Both the position numbers and the translations under genes were made by a program. The notes below the pieces were generated by a model. It was given only the letters and a program-made list of their open reading frames with translations, made no database searches and had not been told where the DNA came from. A DNA stretch of 18,343 bases, taken from positions 1 through 18,343 of the IMG/VR virus record IMGVR_UViG_2541047726_000006; one strand, written 5' to 3'. Of this stretch, positions 1 through 8,836 are shown in pieces; positions within the stretch are counted from its first letter, which is position 1, and every line of letters begins with the position of its first letter. The DNA is from a virus (taxonomy: Duplodnaviria > Heunggongvirae > Uroviricota > Caudoviricetes).

Positions 1-1119
1 TCAAATAACCAACTTAACCCATTCCTGACCTCGAGTATCGTTATAGCGATCGGTGGTTGCCTGGACTTTATGTCCTAGTAATGTTTTTGTATCGATACCC
101 TGTGCACGGTACAGCCGTTCTGATAGAGAGCGTTGTTCATGAAATGTTGGCGGAGTTTTTCCTGCTGGTGGAATTATCCCAGCCAGATCCCGTGCTTTGG
201 CAAAGTAGTCGCTCAGGTTGTCTTTACTCATCGGCTTCGGTTGTTTCTGGTGCCGACTATGGATTAGATATGGACTTAATATTCTGTCTCGGCACCCATC
301 AATAACTTCTTTTAACGTTATCCCAATGGCATCACAGCGTAGTGTAAGCGGTAACGCCAGACGCATTCCGGTTTTTCCCTGGGTGATATGCAAGTGTTCG
401 TTCCACACATCTGAAAAACGCATGTGGCAAATGTCATCACGGCGCTGACCAGTAACAATCGCAAGAAGCATTGCGTTACGGATAAAGTGTTTTTCAGGCG
501 TTGCATTGTAAATTTTTTGCCAGTCTTCCATGGTGAGCCTGGCTCTGGTTACTTTAGGGATCGGTTTACGGGTAGCCTCCGGAGGATTCCATCCAGGAGG
601 AACTTCCCCTGCATGCTGTGCTTCTTTATAAATATCAACCCATAATCCACGATTTACTCTCGCTGTGCTGACCATGTCTTTATCCAGCCACTCATCCAGT
701 ATTAATGCAAAGTCTCTTACTTCCAGTTCTTTCAATGGGTGGTTTCCCAGACGGGAAACCAGGTATGCAGCCATTCGAGTTTTTTCTTTGTGAGTTGTAG
801 CTGCAATATCTCCATTTTTCAGTCGCGTGTCCTGTATTTTCAGATATCGATCAACCCATGCCTTTAATCTGATACCCCGACGTTTTGTTGCTGACGGACT
901 TTCATCAATTTTGCGCATGAAATATTCAGCTTCTGCTGCAGCTATTCGCTGATTGGCTGTGGAAGCGATTTTTTCTGCCTTACCTTTGTCTGTTCCGAGT
1001 CCGTGAAATTTTCCAGTCACAGGATTTTTATACTGGTAGTAAACTCTGCCAGTTCTGCGATCAAACTTTTCGTAAAGACCGGCTACGTCAGTGCTGTTTT
1101 TTCGTGGCCTCGGTGACAT
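1..1119 (-). CDS. int: Phage tyrosine integrase, lambda Int family, complete (stop at 1-3)
   Basis: 372-aa ORF. C-terminus FHEQRSLSERLY...LLGHKVQATTDRYNDTRGQEW matches the lambda Int catalytic block (H-x-x-R and the nucleophilic Tyr) as recalled. Last gene of the leftward arm, so attL should lie just outside the window. Confidence 0.93.
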   Translation of the reverse strand: MSPRPRKNSTDVAGLYEKFDRRTGRVYYQYKNPVTGKFHGLGTDKGKAEKIASTANQRIAAAEAEYFMRKIDESPSATKRRGIRLKAWVDRYLKIQDTRLKNGDIAATTHKEKTRMAAYLVSRLGNHPLKELEVRDFALILDEWLDKDMVSTARVNRGLWVDIYKEAQHAGEVPPGWNPPEATRKPIPKVTRARLTMEDWQKIYNATPEKHFIRNAMLLAIVTGQRRDDICHMRFSDVWNEHLHITQGKTGMRLALPLTLRCDAIGITLKEVIDGCRDRILSPYLIHSRHQKQPKPMSKDNLSDYFAKARDLAGIIPPAGKTPPTFHEQRSLSERLYRAQGIDTKTLLGHKVQATTDRYNDTRGQEWVKLVI

Positions 1120-1357
1120 GAGTTAAAATCTCCTTCAGTGCATCATCATCGCCAGTATGAATTTCCGGCGCAATTCCCGTTTCACCAGGCCCAACAAATA
1201 CTGCTCGGCGATCTATCAGCCAACGCCCACGAATTTTTTGTGGTCTTGGAACGATGTATCCTAGTTTTCCGTATTTCACCAGGGTAGTGTTTGTTATTGG
1301 GAGACTGAACCGTTTTGGTTTCCACTCGTCGAGCGTTATCAGGTACTGTTCGCTCAT
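1088..1357 (-). CDS. xis: Putative excisionase-like protein
   Basis: 89-aa ORF directly upstream of int and overlapping it by about 30 nt, as in lambda xis/int. ATG at 1357 is preceded by a GGAGTGA Shine-Dalgarno; the ORF track extends to a GTG at 1366. Function is inferred from position only. Confidence 0.5.
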   Translation of the reverse strand: MSEQYLITLDEWKPKRFSLPITNTTLVKYGKLGYIVPRPQKIRGRWLIDRRAVFVGPGETGIAPEIHTGDDDALKEILTHVTEATKKQH

Positions 1358-1418
1358 GGCTATCACTCCGGAACGCGCCAGTTGCAGAATATCAACGACA
1401 ACTGGCGACGGTTGAACA

Positions 1419-3857
1419 TTAAAAATCAGCCTGACTCGGGATCAGTTTTTGCCAGATAACTGAAACGTATTTTGCCTGGTAACGGGCGTCATCAAGTGCA
1501 TTATGGCGCTCACCTTCGAATGGAATAGCCGTTCTGGCATCGAAGTCTATGGCTTTCCCCAGCTCAACGATTGTGCGTACATCTCGATCGTTGTAGTAAC
1601 GCCACGGGCAGGGGATCCCCTGCCGTTCGTATGAACGGCGCAAAATCGTGTTGTCGAAGTTGGCTCCATTTCCCCAGACCTGAACAAAAAATTCACCGGA
1701 GTTTTCGTCGATAAATTCCCGCAATTGTAACAGTGCATCATCTAACGGGATTTCATCGGTCATAATGGCAGATTGCGCTTCGCGTGATTGCTTAAGCCAC
1801 CATTTAATGGTGTCCCGATCAATGACCCCGCCAGCAGTTTCCAGATCGATAGTCTTACTAAATTCCGGTCCCATATCTCCGGTTTGCGGATCGAAAAATA
1901 TTGCACCTATTGAGATGATCGGGGCATCAGGATTTTTTCCCATGGTTTCAAGGTCGATCATTAGATGGTCACACGTCCTGCTGGTGGATGTGATAACATG
2001 ATGACCGTTCACCGTAATTAAGGGATCTGCCGTCTCGCCAGTTTCACTATCGCTGGCGTGATCCTGAGCGCTGCCAGCATTCTCCTTGTGTGGATGTTCA
2101 GCGCCTTCCATTTCCTTCGGATCATTTTCCTGAACTTCAACCTGATTCTCTTCATCGAATGTTTCCTGGTATGTTGCGTCGCCCATCACCGCGCCACAAT
2201 CAGGGCAGTTGCCGCCGCCGGTCTGACCGCAGGCGGTGCAGATCTTTTCCGGTTCCTGTTGCACTACTGGTTCAGGTTGTTTCGTTTCTGGCTCGTTTTG
2301 TAACGCATTTGGGCTGTTTTGTTCCGCTTTCTGGTCGTTCTGTTCCGATTCTTGCTGGTTCTGGTTTACAGAATCGCGGGTTTCAATCCCCTTTACCCAT
2401 TTCGGATCATTCGGGTCGCTAATCCCTGCAACAAATTCTCCGCGAGAGGCAGCAAGCAACTTATCGGCGTCAGGCTGGCTGATATTGGCTGCCTGCATAA
2501 TTTTGTTTACTTCGTCAGCGGTAACTTTTACCTGTGACTTGTCATCCAGCGGCTGCGGGTCCTGATGATGTTCAACTGTATCCGCTGCCATTGTTTCAGC
2601 CGTTGCCTGTTCATCTGCCATTGCGCCAGATGGTTGCGGGTTATCTTCATCATTTTTTTCTTCTTCTGTTTTGCACTCAGCAGCCAGTCCGCCGTTAATT
2701 TCTTCCAGGATATCTTTTTCCGGTGTATGCCGGGCAGCCATGAGCGTTTCAGCTGTGGGATTCTCGTGATCAGTTTCTGTCAGGTTGGCATTGATATACC
2801 CCTGAAGGCGCCCCGGGTAGTGATAAAACTCAGGGTGGGCGCTTCGGATAAGTGCAAAAATAGCTGCGCGGGAATAGTCCAGGATACCAGGGGTTGCGCG
2901 AAGTGCTGCGGACCATTCCCTGAACGGACTTTCTTTTTTCAGGACGATTTCTTTTGCGCGACGATAAACGCTGCCCGGAATTTCATAAATATTAAAATCC
3001 ATCGGAAGTGTGGCTGCTGCAATCTCCACATCCAGCGCATCGAAGGTGTGTACTAAATTCGGATTGCGATCGGTTTTGTTCCCGCCACCGGCATTTGCAC
3101 CGGAAGCCGTACGGGTGATACGCGAAACACGATTTCCTTTCATCCACTCTTTTGTCAGCAGACCCCGATCAGTGTAATCAGCGTCCAGGTATGCCTCGAA
3201 AAAAGCAGTTATCAGTCCCAGGTCTGAATTACCGGGATTAGGGAAAACTTTGTCAGTGTCGCGTACCAGTTTGTGAAGGTCGCGAATCTCCAGCGGGTCG
3301 AGCAGCTTTGTTTTGTGAGAAATGGCCAGGGCAGTAACAGCCGGCAGTTCTTCCGCCCGTGCTATATGTAATGCCTGAAGTTCTTCCCGTGCAACGTGCG
3401 TTACTGGTTTTTCGCTGCTGTGTTGCGCAAGCCAGCGAATGGGCAGCTCCTGACCAGAAACCGGCAGGAGCATATTCTCCTCAATCTCCGTCATGTCTTC
3501 GCCGTTGACGTTGGTATTGTCAGTACTGGCTGGTTTCTCCTGCACGGAGGGAGAGGGCGCGATAAATACCATTGTAATGCCATCTTCCCCGCCTTTTTCG
3601 TATCGGTTGCAGAATTCGGTATCAAACACGCCTTCAGGTGGAAGGTCATTCACAACGGGTAAATGGACGCGAACGGGTTTTTTAAAGTCGTCTTCATCAT
3701 AATCGTTGTCATCCATTGCGGTAATGCAGCGGGAGATGGCAACAGATAATTTTTTTGCTGTAGTCCAGTAAAAACCACCTTTAATTCCCAGACGTTTTCT
3801 GACTTTGTCATTTTTTGCTTCGCAATATAGCGCAAATTCTTCTTTATCAGTGCTCAT
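1419..3857 (-). CDS. Prophage exonuclease: RecE-like N-terminal region fused to a DEDDh (DnaQ-like) 3'-5' exonuclease domain
   Basis: 812-aa ORF with a GAGGT Shine-Dalgarno before the ATG at 3857. The C-terminal 180 aa carry the three DEDDh motifs: MIDLETMG (Exo I), [12 protein letters not shown] (Exo II), [13 protein letters not shown] (Exo III). N-terminal and central segments ([47 protein letters not shown]) resemble RecE of the Rac prophage as I recall it. Confidence 0.8.
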   Translation of the reverse strand: MSTDKEEFALYCEAKNDKVRKRLGIKGGFYWTTAKKLSVAISRCITAMDDNDYDEDDFKKPVRVHLPVVNDLPPEGVFDTEFCNRYEKGGEDGITMVFIAPSPSVQEKPASTDNTNVNGEDMTEIEENMLLPVSGQELPIRWLAQHSSEKPVTHVAREELQALHIARAEELPAVTALAISHKTKLLDPLEIRDLHKLVRDTDKVFPNPGNSDLGLITAFFEAYLDADYTDRGLLTKEWMKGNRVSRITRTASGANAGGGNKTDRNPNLVHTFDALDVEIAAATLPMDFNIYEIPGSVYRRAKEIVLKKESPFREWSAALRATPGILDYSRAAIFALIRSAHPEFYHYPGRLQGYINANLTETDHENPTAETLMAARHTPEKDILEEINGGLAAECKTEEEKNDEDNPQPSGAMADEQATAETMAADTVEHHQDPQPLDDKSQVKVTADEVNKIMQAANISQPDADKLLAASRGEFVAGISDPNDPKWVKGIETRDSVNQNQQESEQNDQKAEQNSPNALQNEPETKQPEPVVQQEPEKICTACGQTGGGNCPDCGAVMGDATYQETFDEENQVEVQENDPKEMEGAEHPHKENAGSAQDHASDSETGETADPLITVNGHHVITSTSRTCDHLMIDLETMGKNPDAPIISIGAIFFDPQTGDMGPEFSKTIDLETAGGVIDRDTIKWWLKQSREAQSAIMTDEIPLDDALLQLREFIDENSGEFFVQVWGNGANFDNTILRRSYERQGIPCPWRYYNDRDVRTIVELGKAIDFDARTAIPFEGERHNALDDARYQAKYVSVIWQKLIPSQADF

Positions 3858-3949
3858 TGATAAACCTCATTACAGATTTAAGGGTGAACAAATCCCTGCC
3901 ATTGCTGGCATTTTTAATCCGTTGGTATGGTGTTAATATGGCTGGAGGG

Positions 3950-4138
3950 TTATCCAGCCGGTGTTTCGTTATTCAGGTACAGCGATACTTTTTTTACCGG
4001 GAGGCATTCACCAGAAATTTTTTGCTCGTCTCTTGCCTGGAGGCAGGATTCTTTACTGGCATAAATTCCGGTAATCACATTCTGTGATTCACCCGTTATA
4101 AGAAAAACCGTCATCATCAGTGCAAATGCTGAAGTCAT
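3950..4138 (-). CDS. YdfD-like small protein with an N-terminal hydrophobic segment (putative lysis/membrane protein)
   Basis: 62-aa ORF with a GGAGAG Shine-Dalgarno. Its ATG overlaps the stop of the dicB-like gene (ATGA). Hydrophobic N-terminus MTSAFALMMTVFLITG followed by two Cys. Same position as ydfD after dicB in the Qin prophage. Confidence 0.6.
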   Translation of the reverse strand: MTSAFALMMTVFLITGESQNVITGIYASKESCLQARDEQKISGECLPVKKVSLYLNNETPAG

Positions 4139-4323
4139 TGACGCTCTCCGAAAATACCAAGTTCAAGAAGAGCAATTCGGGAAAGTATGGAATTATCATT
4201 GAGCAGATAAGGCTCATATTTCCTCATATTAATGGCATCTTCAGTAAACTCCCGGTTACTGAGCAGAACACCAATATCAAAACAACCTTCAGACGTATTA
4301 ACGTTTGGTAATAACGTTTCCAT
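4135..4323 (-). CDS. dicB: DicB-like cell-division inhibitor
   Basis: 62-aa ORF with a GAGGA Shine-Dalgarno 7 nt upstream. N-terminus METLLPNVNTSEGCFDIGV...FTEDAIN closely matches E. coli DicB (MKTLLPNVNTSEGCFEIGV...) from memory. It lies immediately downstream of dicF, as in the Qin dicB operon. Confidence 0.8.
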   Translation of the reverse strand: METLLPNVNTSEGCFDIGVLLSNREFTEDAINMRKYEPYLLNDNSILSRIALLELGIFGERQ

Positions 4324-4501
4324 TATCGCGTCCTCAACAATGAATTTTGTGATGCAGTGCCTGGTGCCTCCAGGTGACGTTAACCAGTTAACAATTAACG
4401 CCGGGTTAGTTGATGCTCGTTACGCCAGTAAAAGACCGCCTTACTGCTTTAACTGTTCCGCGTGCGCTCAGCCGCATTCACCGCATCACAAAATTCACTT
4501 T

Positions 4502-4559
4502 AAAAAGGGCGGCAGAGCAGTCACGGAGTAAAACTGATACCGCCAAACGTCACCAGAAA
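4502..4559 (-). ncRNA. dicF: DicF small RNA (ftsZ-targeting sRNA)
   Basis: The reverse complement of 4502-4559 reads TTTCTGGTGACGTTTGGCGGTATCAGTTTTACTCCGTGACTGCTCTGCCGCCCTTTTT, which matches the DicF sequence I recall, including the terminal GC stem and U-run. Ends are approximate because DicF is processed from the operon transcript. Confidence 0.85.
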
Positions 4560-4898
4560 ATTGATAACAGAGGGCGTTGCAGCGGGGTTGTCACTTAAGC
4601 GTATGGTCAACCTGACAACCCGGTGTCCTCAACGGGGGAAGGAATAACCCCGCCATACTTACCGCCGCGCCATTTCGCGGATTGCCACAACCGGAAGCGC
4701 ACGGTCGACGAAAATTTAACGACAGGCTATCTATGAACCAGCTACCTCGCCGTACGCTTTCGCGTTATGGTCTGACTTTTCAGGGAAATATCCTTTCAGT
4801 AAACTGTCAGTGCCGGATTCTTATCCGTGTCCGGCGCACGACCACACGCTGTCACGAGAGGTCTCCATTCTCAACCAGTAACCTCAATGGAGGATAAA

Positions 4899-6222
<1,324 letters not shown>

Positions 6223-6334
6223 TATGGCACCTGTGTTGTTCTGAGGTGAGCATATCACCTCTGTTCAGGTGGCCAAATTCAGTAAACCACTTCATAACGT
6301 AGAAACGCTGATGCTAAAAAGATATCTTGATGGA

Positions 6335-6673
6335 TTAATCAGATAACATTTTTTTACGGCGTTCATATTCGTTAATATTTATGAAGCCTGTTGCCAGAAG
6401 CAGTTCGTTAATTTCATGGTTGTTTGGCTGTTTCTGGCTCTTTGAACTGGGATCTTCCACTTCTTTTTCTGCAAATTGTTTTGCTGTATCCTCTGTGCCA
6501 TGGATATTTAAAGCTGTATCTGAAAACAGCCCAGTAAACGCATCGCGCACATTGCGAGCCATATTATCAGTGTCTTTTTTTGTTACCGATTCCAATTCAA
6601 GTTCGTTCAGACGATGACGAAGTGTGTGTGCTGCAATCTCCTGGATTGAAGGAGGTAAATCTTTAAATTCCAT
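6335..6673 (-). CDS. Hypothetical early-left protein
   Basis: ORF MEFKDLPPSIQEIAAHTLRHRLNELE... of 112 aa from the ATG at 6673; an alternative ATG at 6685 overlaps the stop of the upstream gene. Downstream of the DUF1391-like gene in the PL operon. No family recognised. Confidence 0.55.
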   Translation of the reverse strand: MEFKDLPPSIQEIAAHTLRHRLNELELESVTKKDTDNMARNVRDAFTGLFSDTALNIHGTEDTAKQFAEKEVEDPSSKSQKQPNNHEINELLLATGFININEYERRKKMLSD

Positions 6674-6684
6674 CGTCAACCTCA

Positions 6685-6837
6685 TCAGTCAGTGTTTCTT
6701 GCTAACCAGCGATGCGCACCAGCTGCGGTTTTAAACGTTTTACTTTTGGTATACGTCATCGCGGTGAAGGTGCCGTCCTGGTTAGGGAACACACCGCATA
6801 CCAGAGATTCGTTGTTGCCAAGATTGAGCGTATCCAT
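6685..6837 (-). CDS. YdfA/YdaF-like small protein (DUF1391-type)
   Basis: 50-aa ORF MDTLNLGNNESLVCGVFPNQDGTFTAMTYTKSKTFKTAAGAHRWLARNTD. It is the first gene downstream of the putative PL, as ydfA is in the Qin dicB operon. Family assignment is from memory. Confidence 0.65.
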   Translation of the reverse strand: MDTLNLGNNESLVCGVFPNQDGTFTAMTYTKSKTFKTAAGAHRWLARNTD

Positions 6838-7010
6838 GTTGACCTCATTTCCCCTTAACGCCGGGGTAGCGGAACAAAAAACCTGCTGCGCTGTTATACA
6901 AAGTGTTCCCGCCGTCATGTTCATACGCCTCGGGCTGGCTACTTAACCCCTGACCACTGCCGGGTAACTCGAAGTATTTCCCTGCGTTCTGTGGGGCGGG
7001 GTGGGTTGGT

Positions 7011-7065
7011 ATTTTTAGTTTAATAAACATTAAACTTAAGTCAAGTAAAAACTAAACCGAGGGGC
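7011..7065 (-). promoter_or_regulatory. Putative leftward early promoter PL with operator OL
   Basis: On the minus strand, TTGACT (complement of 7039-7044), a 16-bp spacer, then TAAACT (complement of 7017-7022). The adjacent AAACTAAACCGAGG (7048-7062) is nearly identical to the AACACTAAACCGAGG motif in the PR region. Confidence 0.5.
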
Positions 7066-7128
7066 ATAACAAACACAACGCTTTTGATAAAGTCGTTGCG
7101 GTTGTTATGTTTCTATTGGTAGTGAAAG

Positions 7129-7407
7129 TTAGGGAAACTGGCGTCTTGCGTGGATCACGTTTACTACTTCAACGCTTGATGTTGTTACGCGGTATAGAAT
7201 TATATAGTTAGGGTGGGCTACAATCTCACGCAAGCCAGGTACTCTGTCGCTTGGTGGGTATAAATACGGATGTTCGGATAACGGCAGCACACAACCCCTT
7301 AATCGCTGCCATAAGCGTTCAGCCGCATCTATGTCGAAACGAGCAATATAACTAGTTATATCATCTAGGTCGGTATCTGCGCTTTCAAGCCATAACACGG
7401 GTAACAT
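7129..7407 (-). CDS. parE2: ParE-family toxin (RelE/ParE superfamily)
   Basis: 92-aa product MLPVLWLESADTDLDDITSYIARFDIDAAERLWQRLRGCVLPLSEHPYLYPPSDRVPGLREIVAHPNYIILYRVTTSSVEVVNVIHARRQFP fits the ParE pattern. Its start is 1 nt after the antitoxin stop, which suggests translational coupling. The symbol follows the PaaR2-PaaA2-ParE2 system of E. coli O157:H7 as I recall it. Confidence 0.8.
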   Translation of the reverse strand: MLPVLWLESADTDLDDITSYIARFDIDAAERLWQRLRGCVLPLSEHPYLYPPSDRVPGLREIVAHPNYIILYRVTTSSVEVVNVIHARRQFP

Positions 7408-7408
7408 T

Positions 7409-7600
7409 TTACTGCTTGCTCCGTTCCTTACGCATCTTAGCAAAGCGTTCTGCCATTCTGCGCTCAACTTCGTCATGGGGAATTGCTGGGCGCGGATCTG
7501 CAAGGCTCGTTGCTACTTTCGCACGCAGCCATTCGTTGTAACTGTTTTCTTGTTCAATGGTTTCAAATTCAGAAACCATTGGTGAAAGGGCTCTATTCAT
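7409..7600 (-). CDS. paaA2: PaaA2-type antitoxin
   Basis: 63-aa product MNRALSPMVSEFETIEQENSYNEWLRAKVATSLADPRPAIPHDEVERRMAERFAKMRKERSKQ with a CGGAGG Shine-Dalgarno before the ATG at 7600. Size and sequence match PaaA2 as I recall it, and it sits directly upstream of the ParE toxin. Confidence 0.8.
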   Translation of the reverse strand: MNRALSPMVSEFETIEQENSYNEWLRAKVATSLADPRPAIPHDEVERRMAERFAKMRKERSKQ

Positions 7601-7620
7601 GTTTCCTCCGGTTTTATAAC

Positions 7621-7992
7621 TCAGGCGCGGCGGCATTTTTGCGCCGCAATCCATCTCGCTATGAGATCTTCCATTGATTCTTTTTTCTGCTTTAACTCGC
7701 TGATTATCTGGCGTTGCTCATCCTCAGGGAAGGCTGAAAAAATCTGCAATAATTCCAGTTGATTAGACGTTAACCCTGCATGTGGTGGAGAAACCCCCGG
7801 TTGTTCTGCGTATTCCGCATCCAGATACCCTTCCGGCATCCCGTATGTTTGCTCTATTCTTCTGGCAGCCTTTTCTCCAAACGAGGCTCTCCCACTCATT
7901 AGTTGAGATAGGTAGCTCTTCTCTTTGGGTGGCAGAGTTTTATCTTTAAACCACTCCTTGAGACGTAAACGGCGAATTTCTTTTTTTTGCAT
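7621..7992 (-). CDS. DicA/RacR-type HTH repressor in the cI position (PaaR2-like)
   Basis: 123-aa product from the ATG at 7992. XRE-type helix-turn-helix KSYLSQLMSGRASFGEKAARRIEQTYGMPEGYLD and a C-terminal LELLQIFSAFPEDEQ segment resembling the DicA C-terminus. No S24 peptidase domain. Divergent from the cro-like gene, with no Shine-Dalgarno, so possibly leaderless like lambda cI. Confidence 0.75.
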   Translation of the reverse strand: MQKKEIRRLRLKEWFKDKTLPPKEKSYLSQLMSGRASFGEKAARRIEQTYGMPEGYLDAEYAEQPGVSPPHAGLTSNQLELLQIFSAFPEDEQRQIISELKQKKESMEDLIARWIAAQKCRRA

Positions 7993-8089
7993 GTGGTAAT
8001 TATCTTTAGTAATCACTAAACAAGCAAATACTTGACTTAATGGTTTATTAAACACTAAACTCGCAAAAAAACACTAAACCGAGGAAGGT
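7993..8089. promoter_or_regulatory. Divergent promoter/operator region (OR with PR, probably also the repressor promoter)
   Basis: Three direct CACTAAAC repeats at 8014-8021, 8053-8060 and 8072-8079. Near-palindrome TTTAGTAATCACTAAA at 8005-8020. PR candidate: TTGACT at 8032-8037 and TAAACT at 8056-8061, 18-bp spacer, upstream of the cro-like ATG at 8090. Confidence 0.6.
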
Positions 8090-8392
8090 ATGACATTAAA
8101 AGAGTTTATTAAATCATTAAGGGTTGGTGATGCTAAGAAATTCGCGGCCAGACTTGGTGTATCGCCATCTTACTTATCGCAAATGGCGTCTGGACGAACA
8201 GCTATATCTCCAACCCGCGCCCTTATGATCGAATCTGCGACGGAAGGCCAAGTAAGTAGGGCGGAGCTACGACCCCATGATTGGGAGCTTATTTGGCCTG
8301 AGTATGCGAGCGGCATTCGTTTGGGGCAAACACATGTAGTTCATGCTGAAGGTGATTGTAGTACATGCTTATCTGATGGAGTTGATTCATGA
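8090..8392 (+). CDS. Cro-like / YdaS-family HTH regulator
   Basis: 100-aa ORF with a GAGGAAGG Shine-Dalgarno. The segment LGVSPSYLSQMASGRTAISPTRALMIESATEGQVSRAELRP resembles Rac YdaS. It is divergent from the repressor, in the cro position. Confidence 0.7.
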   Translation: MTLKEFIKSLRVGDAKKFAARLGVSPSYLSQMASGRTAISPTRALMIESATEGQVSRAELRPHDWELIWPEYASGIRLGQTHVVHAEGDCSTCLSDGVDS

Positions 8393-8814
8393 AAATCAAG
8401 CATGAACACATCCGCATGGCGATGAATGTCTGGGCGCATCCGGACGGCGAAAAAGTACCGGCTGCGAAAATTACCAAAGCGTATTTCGAGCTGGGAATGA
8501 CGTTCCCGGAACTGTATGACGACAGCCATCCGGAAGCCCTGGCCCGTAATACCCAGAAAATTTTCCGTTGGCTGGATAAAGACACCCCTGATGCTGTTGA
8601 AAAAATGCAGGCTCTGTTACCGGCGATCGAAAAGGCGATGCCGCCTTTGCTGGTGGCCCGTATGCGCAGCCACAGTTCTGAATATTACCGTGAGATCGTC
8701 GAACGGAGGGATCGGCTGGTGAAGGATGTCGATGATTTTGTTGCGTCAGCGGTTGTTTTGTATGACCAGATGAATCGCGGCGGCCCGGCAGGGAATGCTG
8801 TGGTGATGCACTAA
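8389..8814 (+). CDS. YdaT-like protein (cII-position gene)
   Basis: 141-aa ORF starting MKIKHEHI, which is the YdaT N-terminus as I recall it. Its start overlaps the cro-like stop (ATGA). Confidence 0.65.
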   Translation: MKIKHEHIRMAMNVWAHPDGEKVPAAKITKAYFELGMTFPELYDDSHPEALARNTQKIFRWLDKDTPDAVEKMQALLPAIEKAMPPLLVARMRSHSSEYYREIVERRDRLVKDVDDFVASAVVLYDQMNRGGPAGNAVVMH

Positions 8815-8836
8815 AAGCACGGTGTTCGGGGGTTTT

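Noticed and set aside
2058-3056. Several plus-strand ORFs (81-163 aa) inside the exonuclease gene
   Set aside because: They are antisense to an 812-aa ORF with clear DEDDh motifs, have low-complexity Cys/Phe-rich translations, and no start context.
4379-4400. Triple TTAAC motif (GTTAACCAGTTAACAATTAACG) upstream of dicB
   Set aside because: Short AT-rich word repeats of this kind occur by chance. It does not resemble the CACTAAAC operator word and has no clear promoter hexamers nearby.
4232-4897. Plus-strand ORFs 4232-4531, 4410-4598 and 4682-4897
   Set aside because: They overlap dicB and dicF on the opposite strand or lie in the GC-rich spacer, and have no ribosome-binding sites. The DicF sequence match explains this region better.
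6845-7030. 61-aa minus-strand ORF in the leader between PL and the ydfA-like gene
   Set aside because: Its start lies inside the putative operator and promoter, there is no Shine-Dalgarno, and it would have to begin upstream of the predicted transcription start.
7066-7106. Long imperfect inverted repeat ATAACAAACACAACG...CGTTGCGGTTGTTAT downstream of the toxin gene, considered as a terminator separating the toxin operon from PL
   Set aside because: No U-run follows it on the minus-strand transcript, so it is not a canonical intrinsic terminator. It may still be a structure or binding site, but I cannot support a call.
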